From: Elusimicrobiota bacterium
GTDB taxonomy: Bacteria; Elusimicrobiota; Elusimicrobia; UBA1565; UBA9628
Reading direction: 5' to 3'
Length of the DNA: 64,000 nt
Assembly (NCBI GenBank): GCA_016207605.1
Contig: JACQPJ010000035.1
Coordinates: forward strand, 11,345 to 75,344
A program made the position numbers and the translations under genes. The notes below the pieces were generated by a model that was not told the DNA's origin, did no database searches, and saw only the letters and a list, made by a program, of their open reading frames with translations. Below, in pieces: positions 60,702 through 64,000 of the stretch. Each line of letters opens with the position of its first letter. Within the stretch, counting starts at the first letter, position 1.

Positions 60702-62068
60702 CAGGCGCGCCTTGCCGCGGCCGCGGCGGCCAGCCGCCAGTGCTCGCGGCCTTCCGGCGGGAGAGCGTAGACCGGGTCGTAGTACTCGTAGCGGCGGGTC
60801 AGCGCGTGGGGATCGTCGCTCTCGATGCCGGTGCGGTAGTTCTTGGTCCAGTAGGAGATGCCGTGGGCGCGGTCGTAGTCGGCGAGCTGGTGGATCCAGC
60901 GCTTGCCGACGTAGGGGACGTCGACGACGACGCGCGGGGTGGCGAAGCCGGGCAGGTAGCCCATGACGTCGTGCTGGAGCTTGAGGCCCTCGGCGACGGA
61001 GAGGCGCCAGTGCTCGGAGTTGGGGATCATGTCGGCCATGTAGAAATAGTAGGGCATGATCTTGGCGTGGTCGAGGAGCATGAAGCAGAGCTCCAGGATG
61101 TCCTGGGACGTGCCGTTGACCCCGCGCAGGAGCACGCCCTGGTTGCGCACGTCGCGGTAGCCCATTTCCAAGAGCTTGCGCGCGGCTTTCCCGACCAGGG
61201 GCGTCACCTGGGCGGCATGGTTGGCGTGGGTGTGCACGGCGATGTCCACGCCGCGCTCCCAGGCCTTCTTGGCCAGGCGCTCCAGGGCCTTCAAGACCTC
61301 GTCCTGCAGGAAGTGCTGGGGCAGGGCCTGGAGGGACTTGCTGGCCAGGCGTATGTCGCGGATGTTGGGGAGGTCGAGCAGGGCCGAGACGAAGGCCTCG
61401 AGCTGGGCGATGGGGACGTTGGCCACGTCCCCGCCCGAGACGACCACGTCGCGCACCGAGGGGGTCTTGCGCAGGTAGTCGAGCATGCGCGCCCAGCGCT
61501 CCTGCGGCCCCAGCTCGAATTTGTGTTTGGCCACCTGCGGCGTGGAGTTGCCGACCAGGTCCATGCGCGTGCAGTGGCCGCAGTACTGGGGGCAAGTGGA
61601 GATCATCTCGGCCAGCACCTTGGTCGGGTAGCGGTGGGTGAGGCCCTCGACGGCCCACATCTCGGACTCGTGCAGGCTGTCGCGGGCGGCCTTGGGATGG
61701 TTGGGCCACTCCGGGTGGCGGTCGCAGGCCATGGGGATCATGTAGCGGCGGACCGGGTCGTTCCTCAAGTCCCGCTCGTTGATGCAGTTGAGCATCTGCG
61801 GGGGGATGAGCAGGGACATGGTCGCGCTCTGCCTCTGGTCCCGGACGATCTCCTCGGCCAGGTCCTCGGTCAGAAAGCGCCCCAGGGCGTCCTTGAGCTC
61901 GCGGACGTTCTTGACCGAATGCTGGCGCTGCCAAAGCGCGTTCTCCCATTGCTCCCGCGAGACGTTTTTATACCCGGGCAGCCGCCGCCAGTCCGGCTCG
62001 GCGTAGGCGCGGCGCAAGGGATAGACGAAGGGCTGGTGCGCGGGGTTCGCCCGGACGGCTTTGGCCAT
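60701..62068 (-). CDS. kamA: Lysine 2,3-aminomutase (KamA family radical SAM/PLP enzyme)
   Basis: Radical SAM CPQYCGHCTRM, VVVSGGD and NQGVLLRGVN. N-terminal WENALWQRQHSV is typical of KamA. Confidence 0.85.
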   Translation of the reverse strand: MAKAVRANPAHQPFVYPLRRAYAEPDWRRLPGYKNVSREQWENALWQRQHSVKNVRELKDALGRFLTEDLAEEIVRDQRQSATMSLLIPPQMLNCINERDLRNDPVRRYMIPMACDRHPEWPNHPKAARDSLHESEMWAVEGLTHRYPTKVLAEMISTCPQYCGHCTRMDLVGNSTPQVAKHKFELGPQERWARMLDYLRKTPSVRDVVVSGGDVANVPIAQLEAFVSALLDLPNIRDIRLASKSLQALPQHFLQDEVLKALERLAKKAWERGVDIAVHTHANHAAQVTPLVGKAARKLLEMGYRDVRNQGVLLRGVNGTSQDILELCFMLLDHAKIMPYYFYMADMIPNSEHWRLSVAEGLKLQHDVMGYLPGFATPRVVVDVPYVGKRWIHQLADYDRAHGISYWTKNYRTGIESDDPHALTRRYEYYDPVYALPPEGREHWRLAAAAAARRA

Positions 62069-62103
62069 TCCTCGATTTTATATCAATTTGATAGACTGGC
62101 GGC

Positions 62104-62961
62104 GTGACGATCCGGCGGGTCTGCGTGGTGGGCGGGGGGACGATGGGAAGCGGCATCGCCCACGTCTTCGCCCAGCGCGGCCTCGAGGCGGTCTTGGTGG
62201 AGTCCTCCTCGGCGCTCGCCGACAAGGCCCTGGCCTCCATCGTGCGCAACATGGACCGCCAGGCCGCCAAGGGGACGCTCTCGGCCGCGGACAAGGAGGC
62301 CGCGCTCAAGCGCCTGAGCGTCGTCACGTCCATCGAGAAGGCTGCCGGTTTTTCTTTTGCCGTTGAAGCCGTTCCCGAGAATCTGGAGCTTAAGAAGAAA
62401 ATTTTTTGCGAACTTGAGATTCATGCCGCCGCGGGGGCTATCCTTGCCACCAACACGTCGTCGCTGTCCGTGACCGAGATCGCCTCCGCCGTCAAGGACC
62501 CCTCGCGCGCCGTCGGCATGCACTTCATGAATCCGGTGCCGGTCATGGCGCTCGTCGAGATCATCCGCGGCCTGCAGACCTCCGACGAAACGCACCGCAC
62601 GGTCTGCGAGCTGGCGGTCCGGCTCGGCAAGACCCCGGCCTCGGCGCGGGACTTCCCCGGCTTCGTCTCCAACCGCGTGCTCATGCCCATGCTCAACGAG
62701 GCCATCGAGTGCCTGCGCGAGGGCGTGTCCTCGCGCGAGGACATCGACACGATCATGAGGCTGGGCATGGCGCACCCCATGGGGCCGCTTCAGCTCGCCG
62801 ATTACATCGGCCTGGACGTGTGCCTGGCCATCATGGAGGTCCTGCACCAGGGCTTCGGCGACTCCAAGTACCGTCCCTCGCCGCTTCTGCGCCAGATGGT
62901 CCGGGCCGGCCGCCTGGGCGTCAAGTCCGGCCGCGGCTTTTACGACTACCCGAAGAAATAA
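62104..62961 (+). CDS. hbd: 3-hydroxybutyryl-CoA dehydrogenase
   Basis: VVGGGTMGSGIAHVFA, NTSSLS, HFMNPVPVM, GFVSNR, GMAHPMGPLQLADYIGLD. Confidence 0.9.
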   Translation: MTIRRVCVVGGGTMGSGIAHVFAQRGLEAVLVESSSALADKALASIVRNMDRQAAKGTLSAADKEAALKRLSVVTSIEKAAGFSFAVEAVPENLELKKKIFCELEIHAAAGAILATNTSSLSVTEIASAVKDPSRAVGMHFMNPVPVMALVEIIRGLQTSDETHRTVCELAVRLGKTPASARDFPGFVSNRVLMPMLNEAIECLREGVSSREDIDTIMRLGMAHPMGPLQLADYIGLDVCLAIMEVLHQGFGDSKYRPSPLLRQMVRAGRLGVKSGRGFYDYPKK

Positions 62962-64000
62962 TGGACTTTACGCCCACCGAGTCCATGCGCCTCCTGCGCG
63001 ACTCCGCGCGGGAGTTCGCCGAGAAGCGCCTCAAACCCGGCGCCCAGGAGTGGGACGAGGCGGAGGCCGTCCCGGAGGCGGTTTACAAGGAAGCCGCGGA
63101 GCTGGGCTTCTTTGGCTTGCTCGTGCCCGAGGAGTTCGGCGGCCTGGGCGTGGACCCGCTGGCCTACGCCGCGGCGATGGAGGAGCTCGCGCGCGGCTCG
63201 GCGGCCTTTCAGGTCTGCGTGACCGTGCACAACTCCTTGGTCGCCTCCGCGATCGCCAAGCACGGCACGGCCGAGCAGAAGAAAAAATACCTTCCCAAGC
63301 TCGCCTCGGGCGAGTGGATCGCGGCCTACGCCCTCTCCGAGCCGGGGGCGGGCACGGACGCGGGGTCGCTGTCCGCCTCCGCGGTGGACAAGGGCGATCA
63401 CTATCTCGTCAACGGGACGAAGTCCTGGGTCACCAGCGGCGGTTTCGCGAAACTATTTTTAGTTTTCGTCTCGACGAACAAAACGGCCGGCGCGCGGGGC
63501 ATCACGTGCCTGCTGGTCGAAAAGGACGCGCCTGGATTTTCGGTCGGCAAGAAAGAAAAGAAGATGGGCCTGCGCGCCTCCGATACGCGCGAGCTGAACT
63601 TCCAAGACGCCCGCGTGCCCAAGGAGGCGTTGCTCGGCGCCGCCGGCGGGGGCTTCAAGATCGCGATGAGCCAGCTCGACGCGGGGCGCGTCGGCATCGC
63701 GGCCCAGGCCGTGGGCCTGGCGCAGGCCGCCTTCGAGGAGGCCGTCGCCTACGCCAAGCAGCGCCGCCAGTTCGGAAAGGCCTTGGCCGAGTTCCAGCTC
63801 ACCCAGGCCAAGCTCGCCGACATGGCCACCAACATCGACGCCGCCCGCCTTCTCGTCTGGCGCGTCGCGGCCAAGCTCACGGCGGGGGAGAAGTGCGCCA
63901 AGGAGGCCTCGATGGCCAAGTCCTTCGCCTCCCGCATCGCCAACAAGGCCTGCTTCGACGCCGTGCAGATCCACGGCGGCAACGGCTTCGTCCGAGAGTT
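62961..64000 (+). CDS. Acyl-CoA (butyryl-CoA-type) dehydrogenase, 3' end outside window
   Basis: Not in the ORF track because no stop codon lies inside the window. MDFTPTE..., AYALSEPGAGTDAGS, KSWVTSGG, QRRQFGK, QIHGGNGF. The start shares 1 nt with the hbd stop (TAATG). Confidence 0.9.
   Translation, partial: MDFTPTESMRLLRDSAREFAEKRLKPGAQEWDEAEAVPEAVYKEAAELGFFGLLVPEEFGGLGVDPLAYAAAMEELARGSAAFQVCVTVHNSLVASAIAKHGTAEQKKKYLPKLASGEWIAAYALSEPGAGTDAGSLSASAVDKGDHYLVNGTKSWVTSGGFAKLFLVFVSTNKTAGARGITCLLVEKDAPGFSVGKKEKKMGLRASDTRELNFQDARVPKEALLGAAGGGFKIAMSQLDAGRVGIAAQAVGLAQAAFEEAVAYAKQRRQFGKALAEFQLTQAKLADMATNIDAARLLVWRVAAKLTAGEKCAKEASMAKSFASRIANKACFDAVQIHGGNGFVRE

Overview
High-G+C bacterial chromosomal segment. 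Diderm signatures are present (OmpA/Pal-type lipoprotein, outer-membrane beta-barrel protein). The taxon cannot be assigned from sequence alone and is probably an uncultivated lineage. I call about 70 protein genes and one tRNA. Backbone blocks, left to right: SF1 helicase, MazEF, DedA, RNase HI, glycogen genes (malQ, glgB), hemA plus a Rieske/cytochrome b/cytochrome c complex, and an osmoadaptation supercluster (MscS channel, cation:proton antiporter, sensor-fused OtsA, TreT, OtsB). These are followed by lysC, an OpuC-type ABC importer, a four-subunit 2-oxoacid:ferredoxin oxidoreductase, bacterioferritin, an ABC-F ATPase and an ECF sigma/anti-sigma pair. The right edge carries rluA, an rmlC-like gene, kamA, hbd and an acyl-CoA dehydrogenase. 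Two accessory regions stand out. (i) 31.8-34.5 kb holds a BamHI/BglII-like Type II R-M pair followed by an A+T-rich two-gene islet (2-TM zinc-ribbon protein plus HEPN-like protein). (ii) 38.1-58.3 kb holds integrative elements stacked at a tRNA-Met gene, with a 46-bp att duplication and three related tyrosine recombinases, one of them decayed. This region carries an AbiE-like pair, an extended four-gene hipBA operon, a replication-relaxation module, an ApeA-like HEPN gene and a 7-gene Type I R-M operon. That operon has an uncharacterised three-gene cassette inserted between hsdS and hsdR, which is my top candidate for a novel defence system. Non-coding curiosities are a REP-like 58-nt element (3 copies with compensatory changes), a 33-nt conserved leader plus covarying intrinsic terminator upstream of both lysC and the ECF-sigma operon, and candidate HipB and AbiEi operators. 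Many long ORFs in the supplied track are antisense or read-through artefacts of high G+C. I re-chose gene starts, very often at ATGA/GTGA stop-start overlaps. All family assignments rest on motif recognition by eye; no database search was run.
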